A DNA stretch of 64,000 bases from a virus (lineage: Duplodnaviria; Caudoviricetes): IMG/VR virus record IMGVR_UViG_3300025706_000022, positions 1 to 64,000 of that record. One strand, 5' to 3'. The stretch's first letter is position 1; every line of letters begins with the position of its first letter. Shown piece after piece: positions 19,165 to 27,636 of this stretch. The notes under the pieces were generated by a model, which worked only from the letters and a program-made list of their open reading frames with translations, made no database searches and was not told where the DNA came from. The translations under genes and the position numbers were made by a program.

Positions 19165-19683
19165 TTATTTTGGATCAGGAACGTGAGTGTAAGATTTATT
19201 GTTACGAATGCTCCACATCGTTTTTCTAGATTGACCATAAGACTTTGCTAAGATTGTGTCTGACATATTTGGTAATTTCATTAGCTGCTTAATTTCAAAC
19301 ACTTGTTCATCAGTAAGTTTACAAAGCCAATTTGGGTACACTCGTTTACTGTCATCCCTTAATCCTGTTGAAATTGCATGCTGTTGTTGATGTGACCAAG
19401 AAGCCCACTCAAGATTAGTAAGGGTGTTATTAGCCTTATTACCATCAATATGATTAACTGAGGATAATTTATCGGGGTTAGGTATGAATGTTTCAGCAAC
19501 CATTCTGTGTACATGAATTGTAATTGCTTTTCCACGAAGCTGCCCCCAAAGTCTAACTAGTCTATACCCATCCTTATTGGGTGCAGGGTTTAATTGAAAT
19601 CCGGTGTTTATATTTTTAACATTACCAAACGTAGAGATTGCATAGTGTGTACTTCTAAACTGCTTCCATATTTCTTCAATCAT
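19165..19683 (-). CDS. NUMOD4/HNH endonuclease related to the two intron-encoded HNHs
   Basis: E.WK......Y.IST.G.V; VHRMVAETFIPNP.....VNHIDGNKANN...NLEW; C-terminal KLT.EQV HTH. Confidence 0.9.
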   Translation of the reverse strand: MIEEIWKQFRSTHYAISTFGNVKNINTGFQLNPAPNKDGYRLVRLWGQLRGKAITIHVHRMVAETFIPNPDKLSSVNHIDGNKANNTLTNLEWASWSHQQQHAISTGLRDDSKRVYPNWLCKLTDEQVFEIKQLMKLPNMSDTILAKSYGQSRKTMWSIRNNKSYTHVPDPK

Positions 19684-19704
19684 AATTTCTCCTTGGATAT
19701 TTGT

Positions 19705-19721
19705 ATATCAATTAAGATGGA
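19705..19721 (-). promoter_or_regulatory. Candidate promoter motif TCCATCTTAATTGATAT (copy 2)
   Basis: 15/17 match to the other two copies; directly upstream of the HNH RBS. Confidence 0.55.
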
Positions 19722-19734
19722 GAAGACGGCGCAG

Positions 19735-19941
19735 TTATTTTCTCTGCTTTTTAGGCTCTTGTGACCCTTCATAAAACTTCTTGAGTGTAGATGCAACCGT
19801 GAAGTATCCATTAAGATTGCAATTACCATTCTTAAGGTTACCATCTATGTTGCATTGAAATATTGTTTTCTTATCCTTTGCAGGTAAGATTGTGATACGG
19901 CTATATTTGCAGATGTTGCATTTATAGAGTGGGAGGGTCAT
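19735..19941 (-). CDS. Small Cys-rich protein
   Basis: CNIC...C...C pattern. Confidence 0.5.
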   Translation of the reverse strand: MTLPLYKCNICKYSRITILPAKDKKTIFQCNIDGNLKNGNCNLNGYFTVASTLKKFYEGSQEPKKQRK

Positions 19942-20203
19942 TACTAGTAGCCCCTTCTAATTTTTCTTTATTAATCTTATTTCTAAGCCTATACCTACAT
20001 AGGCTAGAGCAACATTTTTGTTTCTGTCTAACTCGTTCAAATACCTTACCACAAAAGCCACATGGCATTTGTTTTTCAATACGTGCTTGTTGCTTAAGTA
20101 ACTCCCTATGTTTTCTGAGCTCCTCTTTCTGTTCTGCAATGGATGATGAGGTAAGCTCGCTCTTACGCTCAACTGATGTCACCATTTTCTTGATCTTAGC
20201 CAT
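19922..20203 (-). CDS. Basic Zn-finger protein
   Basis: CGFCGKVF......KCCSSLCR; AGGAG RBS. Confidence 0.6.
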   Translation of the reverse strand: MAKIKKMVTSVERKSELTSSSIAEQKEELRKHRELLKQQARIEKQMPCGFCGKVFERVRQKQKCCSSLCRYRLRNKINKEKLEGATSNDPPTL

Positions 20204-20221
20204 TTATATTCTCCTATCTTA

Positions 20222-20440
20222 ATAGGGGTTCGTCCACTTCTCGCAGGTCTCCCGACGTCCGCTTTGCCGATACCCCTATGATGCCAACCCCGAAAAGCGG
20301 ACTACGGAGCAGGACGGGGCAAACATCCGGTTTTTCCAAAGTAGCTAGAATTGGACGTCCATGATTAATTCTTACGAATCAAGGGCTTATCGCTACGTTG
20401 CCCCCGACCCAGGTCTGACTGCTTCGACACAAAAGCGGAC
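20222..20440. repeat. GC-rich non-coding island with three GTCCGCTTT boxes and inverted repeats
   Basis: GTCCGCTTT at 20257-20265; AAAGCGGAC at 20294-20302 and 20432-20440; IR ATAGGGGT (20222-20229) / ACCCCTAT (20272-20279). Confidence 0.65.
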
Positions 20441-20542
20441 TAATATCATATATTACTATATAGGCTGTCCATTTAATAATTGCTGGATTTTGGATTAATA
20501 GCCCCAAGTATTTCTACTTAGGGCCACCAATCACACTAACTA

Positions 20543-21103
20543 TTAACCACCGTAATGGCTAACCTCAGGACGCGGCACATCAACAACACCGCCTAGACCA
20601 GTATTAGGGCTAACCTTAACACGGCAAGGACGGCCAACTGCAGCGTAAGCTTCTGCTACAATAGGGGAGCCACACATAATTTCCTTAGCTACATCTTTCT
20701 CACCAATAGCTACAATCTCGCGTGCATGGAGACGACGAATACATTCTTCGTCCTTCCAAGTGCTACCAATACTAAGGCCAAAGCCAGCACCAGCACCACC
20801 AACAGTGGAGGAGCCCATACAGGTTTCAGTAAGAGTAGTCGTCAATGCAGGAGCATACACTGTCGGTACATTCTTAACAGTAGTAGTACCACTTGCACGA
20901 GTGCTAACTTCAGCAGGAGAGTTAAAAGTGTTAGTTAAGGTAACACCTTCATTCGAGCCAGTAGAAGCAACAGCACCAGATGCAGACTGAGCCTGACTAG
21001 CACTACCACTCACTGCCTGACTCTCTTGGGCATGAGTAGGCGTAACAACACCCATCATAAGAGCAGCTGCACTGATTACAACAATAGACAGAATATGCTT
21101 CAT
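20543..21103 (-). CDS. Secreted Ser/Ala-rich protein with Cys-containing C-terminal domain
   Basis: Signal peptide to THA; NVP.V.AP......TCMGSS..G..G.GFG.S.G.T..D..C.RRL.AR; four Cys. Confidence 0.7.
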   Translation of the reverse strand: MKHILSIVVISAAALMMGVVTPTHAQESQAVSGSASQAQSASGAVASTGSNEGVTLTNTFNSPAEVSTRASGTTTVKNVPTVYAPALTTTLTETCMGSSTVGGAGAGFGLSIGSTWKDEECIRRLHAREIVAIGEKDVAKEIMCGSPIVAEAYAAVGRPCRVKVSPNTGLGGVVDVPRPEVSHYGG

Positions 21104-21106
21104 TTA

Positions 21107-21247
21107 TTACTCCTTAGGCTCGGGAAAGAGATCAAGCACCTTACCAATAGCGTCTTTCAAATTCTGAAGAGCTTCCTTGAAAGTCAGATCAGATGGCGGT
21201 GGTTGATGATCATCAGCAACAACACCAGTTTGTCCAGTATCACCCAT
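21107..21247 (-). CDS. 46-aa small ORF (not in the track)
   Basis: Manual translation MGDTGQTGVVADDHQPPPSDLTFKEALQNLKDAIGKVLDLFPEPKE; AAGGAG RBS; its 3' end carries the RBS of the next gene. Confidence 0.5.
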   Translation of the reverse strand: MGDTGQTGVVADDHQPPPSDLTFKEALQNLKDAIGKVLDLFPEPKE

Positions 21248-21308
21248 ATACTTCTCCTTTTAGGAGGCCCAGGATAGAATTATTCCAGGCCTATTACTAC
21301 TTAACTAA

Positions 21309-21707
21309 TTAGAACGGATTAACAACAGGCAGCGGGGCCGGATTGACACCGATGGTCGTGAAGTTACCAGTGGCACCACTAGTGTTACCAGCTTGAGCAC
21401 CGTACAGGGAACCAGCACCAGCCAGACCAAGAGCACCACTCACCGAGTAACCCTGATTGGCAGCCTGACCACCTTGACCAACAACAACGCCATTCGGTCC
21501 AACAGCACCACCAGCAGCACCAGACTGTTGAGCCTGAGCACCAGAGGTCGTACCGGCAATACCAGCAATAGCGGCAACCGAGCCACCACCAGTAGCAACA
21601 CTAGTAGCACCAAGGGAACCAGCCTGAACCAAGCCAGCATACAGGTTGAAGGCGTTAGCAGCAGAAGCGGCAAACATAGCAACAGCAATAACGAACAGCT
21701 TTTTCAT
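21309..21707 (-). CDS. Secreted Gly/Ala/Gln/Asn-rich low-complexity protein (amyloid/fibre-like)
   Basis: Signal MKKLFVIAVAMFAASAANA; mature region has no K, R, D or E; host-like codon usage. Confidence 0.7.
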   Translation of the reverse strand: MKKLFVIAVAMFAASAANAFNLYAGLVQAGSLGATSVATGGGSVAAIAGIAGTTSGAQAQQSGAAGGAVGPNGVVVGQGGQAANQGYSVSGALGLAGAGSLYGAQAGNTSGATGNFTTIGVNPAPLPVVNPF

Positions 21708-21813
21708 GATAAATCTCCTAGAAGGAAAATTGATAACAACGTTGTTGCCTGTGCAACATATTAGTAGGTACAGGCTTCCCCACTAAAACAAACACTTTTG
21801 ATATAATACTTCT

Positions 21814-21830
21814 ATATCATATAAGATGGA
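21814..21830 (-). promoter_or_regulatory. Candidate promoter motif TCCATCTTATATGATAT (copy 3)
   Basis: Identical to 19123-19139; lies between the last tail gene and the secreted-protein block. Confidence 0.6.
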
Positions 21831-21840
21831 TGTTTTCCAG

Positions 21841-22431
21841 CTACACAATAACCCACCCATAAACGCCAGGCTCCCAGATATTATTACCAGCACCATCAGC
21901 CTGACTAACTTGCCAAGTACTACCATTATGGGTGCATAGATCACCCTCATTGGTAAATGGATTGACCAATTTATAGGCATCATACTGATCTAATGGTTGT
22001 ACCCAAGGCAGTGCTTCACCTGGAATTTTAGCCATACGAACCAATGCAGGAATAGCTGTAGGATCAGGGTACACAGCAGTATCATATTCTTGAATCACAT
22101 ACCATAATACATCTGATTCATCCTTATATAATCCAGGAGATACAACACCAGTCAATAATTCTGCATCCATACTCCACTGTGTACCACTAGCCAAAGCAGC
22201 TTCAGATGTCATTTCAGGAGGATTATCCCCTTGAGTAATAATAACACCAGAAATAGCTGCTACTGCCGCTTCAAACACAGGGTCACCCCATGCATGAAGC
22301 AATGCTACACTTGCAGTAGGTCCAGCATAAGATGGTACACTAAAATTATTAGGTCCAAACCCTTGTAACTCTAGGGCTTCATTTGCTGATTGCATCTCTG
22401 CAGCAGGAATAGCTGCACTAAAATTACTCAT
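21841..22431 (-). CDS. Tail-associated protein with C-terminal carbohydrate-binding (CBM5/12-like) module
   Basis: Y...N...GD.CTHNG.TW......N.WEPGVYGW C-terminus. Confidence 0.6.
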   Translation of the reverse strand: MSNFSAAIPAAEMQSANEALELQGFGPNNFSVPSYAGPTASVALLHAWGDPVFEAAVAAISGVIITQGDNPPEMTSEAALASGTQWSMDAELLTGVVSPGLYKDESDVLWYVIQEYDTAVYPDPTAIPALVRMAKIPGEALPWVQPLDQYDAYKLVNPFTNEGDLCTHNGSTWQVSQADGAGNNIWEPGVYGWVIV

Positions 22432-22591
22432 TTCTTCTCCTATTTAGGCGGATTATTGACAATGATATAATCAAAGACAGCCATTTTGATTTGATCAATC
22501 GGGAGTAAAGGTTCTACCGTTACTTCAACATTAGTGAGGATAACGCCAGTCCCAGGAACTGGAATGTCAGGTAAAGTGAATGTCTGTTTAC

Positions 22592-22771
22592 TCATTTCTT
22601 CTCCTCTTTCTTAGCTTGTATTGCTGTGATTACTTCCTTAGAGGGACTTTCTACATCCCTATTAAAAGCCTGTTCTGTACAAAAACCAAAACAGATAAGA
22701 CTACGAGCTTCATTCTTACTAGCACAACCACTAATAAGAAGGATTAATATTACTGCTGATATTTTGTACAT
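22592..22771 (-). CDS. 59-aa predicted lipoprotein (not in the track)
   Basis: Manual translation MYKISAVILILLISGCASKNEARSLICFGFC...; lipobox ISGC. Confidence 0.55.
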   Translation of the reverse strand: MYKISAVILILLISGCASKNEARSLICFGFCTEQAFNRDVESPSKEVITAIQAKKEEKK

Positions 22772-22788
22772 ATTACCCTTTCTATTGT

Positions 22789-23541
22789 TTAGTGAGTTCT
22801 GATAAATTCTTCTAAAAGAACTTGCTCTTCCGCAGTAACTGCCCTAGTAAGAAATACAAAATGATTAACTCTAAATGGAGTAGCAGTAAAATCATTAGGA
22901 AGCTCTTTTGTGCTCATTGATACAGTATTTCCTGTGGTAGGCCCTGAAGATGTAGTAAGAACATTATTAAGTATTGCACTAGCAGTCTGACTACTGCTTC
23001 CAGACCATACATGAGAATTAAGTTGTCCAGCAGTATTAAGTGTATTAGTAGTAGTAAAGTTCTTATTTAGCAAAGTTCCACTAAGTTTTGCTGGAGCTGT
23101 ACTTACCTGAATATATGTTCCTTGCCAATCATATATATACATTCCTGATACATTAGAACCTAGTGTAAAACCTATTCCAACTGTAGCAGCATTAAGAGAT
23201 ACAGTAGTTGGAACCGGCCTAAGTAGTACGCGATCATCTACTGCATCAAATGAAAGTCTTAATTTCCCACCAACATCAGCTACTACTGGCATCCTACTTG
23301 AACTAGATTGATCGTACTTAAAGGTATTACTACCAAGTCCGATTATCTTATTTTTCCATAATCCTACTGGTTGTCCAACAGCAGTAACAGGTATAGTTCC
23401 AGAAGAATCTTGGAACATCGTATCAAAATCAGTGGCATCAAACCAAAAGCCTGTTTCATTATTCTGAAACAAATCAGCAGGAGTCCAAAGACTAGCAGGA
23501 GGACCTTCTTCTTGCTTTCCAGAAATAAGGTCAAAGATCAT
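22789..23541 (-). CDS. Tail fibre / receptor-binding protein (LamG-like)
   Basis: W.PADLF....GFWFDA.D..TMFQDS.GT.PVT..GQPVG module; ..L.FD.VDD. Confidence 0.7.
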   Translation of the reverse strand: MIFDLISGKQEEGPPASLWTPADLFQNNETGFWFDATDFDTMFQDSSGTIPVTAVGQPVGLWKNKIIGLGSNTFKYDQSSSSRMPVVADVGGKLRLSFDAVDDRVLLRPVPTTVSLNAATVGIGFTLGSNVSGMYIYDWQGTYIQVSTAPAKLSGTLLNKNFTTTNTLNTAGQLNSHVWSGSSSQTASAILNNVLTTSSGPTTGNTVSMSTKELPNDFTATPFRVNHFVFLTRAVTAEEQVLLEEFIRTH

Positions 23542-24998
23542 TTTGAATCCTTACACATCATAACACCACGCCATGTAGCACCACCATCTCTAGTATAAAA
23601 ACCTAGGATATCAAGACCAGCAGTAGTGAAGGTAGGAACAGTGCCACCAGCCCACTTAATACCGCTCCACCACGTAATAGCGTAAGCTCCACCATTAGTA
23701 AGCTCTAATACAAAACTTGTTACATCATTCACCGCTGCTACATTAGAGACAGTGAAGGTAGTAAGAGCAGTGATAGTCTTAGAGAAAACTGCGCCAAGAG
23801 AGCAGTCTATATTAGCAGCTGCAACAGCGTTATATTGTTCAACAATAGCCGCATTAAATGTTTGCTTAACTGAGAAGACATTATCTGCATTAGTAGCAGC
23901 CTTAGCGTTCCATGTGCTCTTCTCTGCATCTGTCACAAACCGATTAGAAGAGTCTTGGGTGATAATTGAAGGTGGATGAGAAGCAGGGTGAGTATAGTTA
24001 TTAGCACCAGCAGCAATACCATCCAGCTTACTGGCTTGAGCTGAAGTCATGTGACCAGCAGCAGAAGCTGTAGCAGCAGGCATACTAATGGCAGGAGCAG
24101 TACCACCAGAAGATACTACTGGGCTAGTGCCTGTCACACCAGTTACTGTGCCATTTCCTTTAGCATTCCAAGTAGCTTTTTCTGTATCTGTTACAAATCT
24201 ATTGCTAGCATCTTGAGTAATGATTGCAGGAGGGTGAGAAGCAGGGTGAGTGTAGTTATTAGCACCAGCAGCAATACCATCTAGCTTGCTCTTATCAGCA
24301 GCAATCATAAAACCATCTGCTGATGTAGTAACAGCAGTATGAGTATGATTTACATCTGCTTTAGTAGCATCGCTAGGATGGGTATGGCTTATATCAGACT
24401 TACTAGTATCACTAGGGTGAATATGATCACCACGACTATATTCAGTAGCTATACCTGCAGCAGCAGACCCATCCATAATAGGTAGAGTATCTGATGGGGT
24501 TCCACCACCTCCACCCCCACCAATTGCTTGAATATCATTATCTAATTCTTGTAATGCTGTTTGAACCGTAGTTGCTATAATAGTTCCAGATGGCTCAAAT
24601 GAAGTTCCTGCAGCTGTTTCAGCATATTTATTTGCCTTACCTTCATCTTGAGGATGCACATGGTCACCCCTAGAAGTAACTTCTAGCATACCTGGATTAG
24701 CTACACCAGGCGCTGATGGAGGAATATCAGAGAATGGAGTCCTTGATAACGATTCCCAACCTGTTCCAGTAAGACCTTCAAAATCATCATCAGTAGTATT
24801 AAATCTAATAAGGCCTGCTGCAGCTACAGGCCTTTCTTCTGTTGGGCCTGATGGTAAAGCAGCTGCACCAGTATCACTATTTTTATAAACTGTATTGCTT
24901 GTTTCAGCCTTGTCATTATTTAGATTAATAAAGTTTTGATCTAATTCATTATTAGTTAGAGGAGAGCCCTTACCAGCCCTAGTGATAATGGTTGTCAT
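23538..24998 (-). CDS. Tail fibre protein with internal repeats
   Basis: N-terminal TR.GKGSPLT..E.D.NF.NLN; SRGDHxHP twice; 44-aa repeat twice; fibre-type C-terminal W..G..PT...G.DI. Confidence 0.8.
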   Translation of the reverse strand: MTTIITRAGKGSPLTNNELDQNFINLNNDKAETSNTVYKNSDTGAAALPSGPTEERPVAAAGLIRFNTTDDDFEGLTGTGWESLSRTPFSDIPPSAPGVANPGMLEVTSRGDHVHPQDEGKANKYAETAAGTSFEPSGTIIATTVQTALQELDNDIQAIGGGGGGGTPSDTLPIMDGSAAAGIATEYSRGDHIHPSDTSKSDISHTHPSDATKADVNHTHTAVTTSADGFMIAADKSKLDGIAAGANNYTHPASHPPAIITQDASNRFVTDTEKATWNAKGNGTVTGVTGTSPVVSSGGTAPAISMPAATASAAGHMTSAQASKLDGIAAGANNYTHPASHPPSIITQDSSNRFVTDAEKSTWNAKAATNADNVFSVKQTFNAAIVEQYNAVAAANIDCSLGAVFSKTITALTTFTVSNVAAVNDVTSFVLELTNGGAYAITWWSGIKWAGGTVPTFTTAGLDILGFYTRDGGATWRGVMMCKDSK

Positions 24999-25006
24999 GG
25001 CTCACC

Positions 25007-25465
25007 TCATTTAGATTGGATATTCCAAGTAGCAGAAATAGAGTCATTAACTCCTTTAGGAATAGTCGGGAAAGTAACACGAGATACCATAGTGCCTCCA
25101 CTTGCAGCATTAAATAGGCCTGCCTCATTCAGATCACCAGTAGCAACACCAGCACCGAATGTTCCTGCGAAACGAGCAGTATCATCTAATACATCAGTAG
25201 TAGCACCACTAGCAGAAGCAACGGCACGACCTAGCTCAGACCCGAGAGATGCATCTTCAGGGGTAGGTGCGGTAGCACCACCGCCTAACGCAATATGGGA
25301 AATAGTAGCAATTGATAAACCGGCAGTCTTTTTAGCTAGATAAGCTAGTCCAGTGTTCACAATCAAATTCTTAAACTCATAATGACCTTTAAGCTTACCA
25401 TCTGGGTCAAACAAATCAATAACAAGCGATCCAATTTGTTTATTTGTTTCTACAACATTGTTCAT
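25007..25465 (-). CDS. Virion structural (baseplate/fibre attachment) protein
   Basis: KNLIVNTG...IALG.G......L..E...EAGLFNA.SGG.M..R..F..I.K. Confidence 0.7.
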   Translation of the reverse strand: MNNVVETNKQIGSLVIDLFDPDGKLKGHYEFKNLIVNTGLAYLAKKTAGLSIATISHIALGGGATAPTPEDASLGSELGRAVASASGATTDVLDDTARFAGTFGAGVATGDLNEAGLFNAASGGTMVSRVTFPTIPKGVNDSISATWNIQSK

Positions 25466-25477
25466 ACAACCTCCTGG

Positions 25478-26074
25478 TTAAAAGGGGACACGGTAGTCTT
25501 CTACATAGTCTTCAGCAAAGTACGTCGGGTCTGCATAGCTAGATACCCTAAGTAATCCAATATCTGTTCCACCCATCACATCATCAAGGCCTACTACAAT
25601 AGTTGCACCTAGACGAAGATCTTCTACTACCTGATTAGCAACTTCATTGATATCAGGCATCCTACTAAGCCGAACATAACTCATTAGCTCAACATTAGTA
25701 GCTATAGAAGCTATATTCATTTCACGAACAGTCTCTTCAGACAAGACTTCTATTGGAGAGTATAAATCACTCAGTGTTAAATACATATCTTTCACTAACT
25801 CTAAAGACTCACTTCTAATATCAAAATCTGTTGGTACAATTCCTATCTCGAGAATAAAAGTTAATTCTTCTGCCCATAGAGCTACTTCTCTAATCTTTCT
25901 AACAGGTAATACAGGGATAAACTCTTGTTGACTAAGAATCATGCCGTAATCAACTGCAAGATCTAATGGTGGAACATCTACTATAGCACTAGACGTGGGG
26001 ATAGATACAGAAGTACCCGAGGATGGGCCTTCAACTACAAATGCTGGAGTCTTTAGTGTAATAGTAATAGTCAT
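25478..26074 (-). CDS. Putative virion structural protein
   Basis: Position in tail module; ends in a YFAEDYV motif. Confidence 0.5.
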   Translation of the reverse strand: MTITITLKTPAFVVEGPSSGTSVSIPTSSAIVDVPPLDLAVDYGMILSQQEFIPVLPVRKIREVALWAEELTFILEIGIVPTDFDIRSESLELVKDMYLTLSDLYSPIEVLSEETVREMNIASIATNVELMSYVRLSRMPDINEVANQVVEDLRLGATIVVGLDDVMGGTDIGLLRVSSYADPTYFAEDYVEDYRVPF

Positions 26075-26076
26075 GG

Positions 26077-26676
26077 TTATGCATCCGGTACAGTCTCAGT
26101 AGGGCTATATTGCAGCTCTACTAAACCACGCATAGGTTTCCATGTCTGAGGGTAAGCAAAGGAAGAAGGCTCAGTTACTCTTAATTCAAAGAAGCCGTAT
26201 ATCTTAGAGTCTGCTTCAGGCTGAACTGCCCATGCAGGTGAAAGACTTAGTGTTTTAGGGAAACGAATATACACAACATTATTCACATACTCTGTCCATA
26301 CAGGGTCTGTATCAGGTGGGGTGCTACTAGAATAGTTACTAGTATAAAAGTTAATATACGTTTTACCAGCATACAAGACTACATCATTAATCTGGTAAAG
26401 GATTCCTTCTAACCATTCTCCACGATACGTTGGATATCGCACCTGAAGCTTAGTCTGATTACCGTTAGGCTTGACATTAGTAGGAGGAGTAACAGCACCA
26501 ACTTCGTTATCTCCTTCAACAACCACAGCCTCATACACATATCCACCAGACACATTTTCAATAAACTTTAAGGTAACAGGGTATTCAAGCTGCTCCCCTT
26601 GGACTATTGACCACAATACAGACCCAGAGTCTGATTGTAGATCAGTAGTAGTGTCTGCTAGCATTGATCTAGCCAT
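26077..26676 (-). CDS. Putative virion structural protein
   Basis: Tail module position; YRGEW..G..Y..ND.V.Y.G..Y insert of carbohydrate-binding type. Confidence 0.55.
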   Translation of the reverse strand: MARSMLADTTTDLQSDSGSVLWSIVQGEQLEYPVTLKFIENVSGGYVYEAVVVEGDNEVGAVTPPTNVKPNGNQTKLQVRYPTYRGEWLEGILYQINDVVLYAGKTYINFYTSNYSSSTPPDTDPVWTEYVNNVVYIRFPKTLSLSPAWAVQPEADSKIYGFFELRVTEPSSFAYPQTWKPMRGLVELQYSPTETVPDA

Positions 26677-27128
26677 TTCAGCTCCTTACTGTGTGTTAGT
26701 TGGAGTAGTCCATCCCCTACAATCATTTCTGGAGTAGTGAATAGATTCTTTATTTCTTCATCAGAAGCTGCATGTAATAATTCGTCTTCAACACCATTAG
26801 TGCTATGACTAGTTACAAATATACAGTCTGATAATGTCTTTACTACTTTTTGTGTTCCTTTACTTGCTTGAATAATTAAAGGGGCATCGATTCTTGTTAA
26901 CCCCTTTTTATCAGAGGACCATACCATGGCAGACCCCTTTATAACCATGAATACATGATCAAACTTATGGACTCTACCGATTACAATCATCCCCTTAGGA
27001 ACTACTAGTTCACGTACATAGACACCAGGGGCAAAGTGATGATGCACTTCCTCTTTATAAGGAACTACACCACCACCTTTTCTTACCTGAACTCTCGTAT
27101 TTGATACTTGCAACTGAGAGAGCTTCAT
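26658..27128 (-). CDS. Cupin-fold protein in the tail module
   Basis: HHFAPGVYVRE...PKG....G.VHK.DH.....KG. Confidence 0.7.
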   Translation of the reverse strand: MKLSQLQVSNTRVQVRKGGGVVPYKEEVHHHFAPGVYVRELVVPKGMIVIGRVHKFDHVFMVIKGSAMVWSSDKKGLTRIDAPLIIQASKGTQKVVKTLSDCIFVTSHSTNGVEDELLHAASDEEIKNLFTTPEMIVGDGLLQLTHSKELKWLDQC

Positions 27129-27135
27129 TATTACC

Positions 27136-27636
27136 TCATATTGAGTATGGGTCTATTACAATCAACTCGTCTATAGTGGTTGCATTTGCTATTAGTAGTT
27201 TAAGATTAACATAATTATTATGGAGAGCTACTGCCCTGATAACACTAAGTGCTCTTAATTGATTTACTTGATTATTATTTAAAGTAACCAAAGTACCCGA
27301 ATCATCTCTAAGAATACACCCACCTTCTAGATCACCAGGAAGCTCTAACTCTTTATTAAGGAATGTGAATGTATGGCCTATAATAGAAAATGTACGAGTC
27401 CCAGTGTTGCCCATAGCAATATTTAAATCAATAAATTTCTTTTGTCTTAATTCCTGTCTTAATTCCTCTATATCAGGTAAGGTTTGATACTCACCATCAA
27501 TATAATGAGTACTACCAGGTGGGTAATCTTCCTCAACAATAGTATACTGAGGCCCATACAAGTTTTCAGTATTAGCAGCAGGTGTCACAACCTCTAGTAT
27601 TTTACCAGCTGAATCAAGTCTTAGAAGAGTAGTCAT
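27136..27636 (-). CDS. Tail-fibre assembly-like protein
   Basis: Follows the tail tip gene; C-terminal I.NATTI.EL..I. Confidence 0.5.
   Translation of the reverse strand: MTTLLRLDSAGKILEVVTPAANTENLYGPQYTIVEEDYPPGSTHYIDGEYQTLPDIEELRQELRQKKFIDLNIAMGNTGTRTFSIIGHTFTFLNKELELPGDLEGGCILRDDSGTLVTLNNNQVNQLRALSVIRAVALHNNYVNLKLLIANATTIDELIVIDPYSI

Noticed and set aside
19957-20172. Second same-strand ORF overlapping 19922-20203
   Set aside because: No RBS; the other frame has the RBS and a coherent Zn-finger motif
22592-22771. Lipoprotein as the o-spanin of a lysis cassette
   Set aside because: No adjacent i-spanin, holin or endolysin is recognisable; kept only as a generic lipoprotein
23900-24290. 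DNA direct repeats in the tail fibre as a DGR or invertible system
   Set aside because: They are in-frame 44-aa structural repeats with mostly synonymous differences; no reverse transcriptase or invertase nearby
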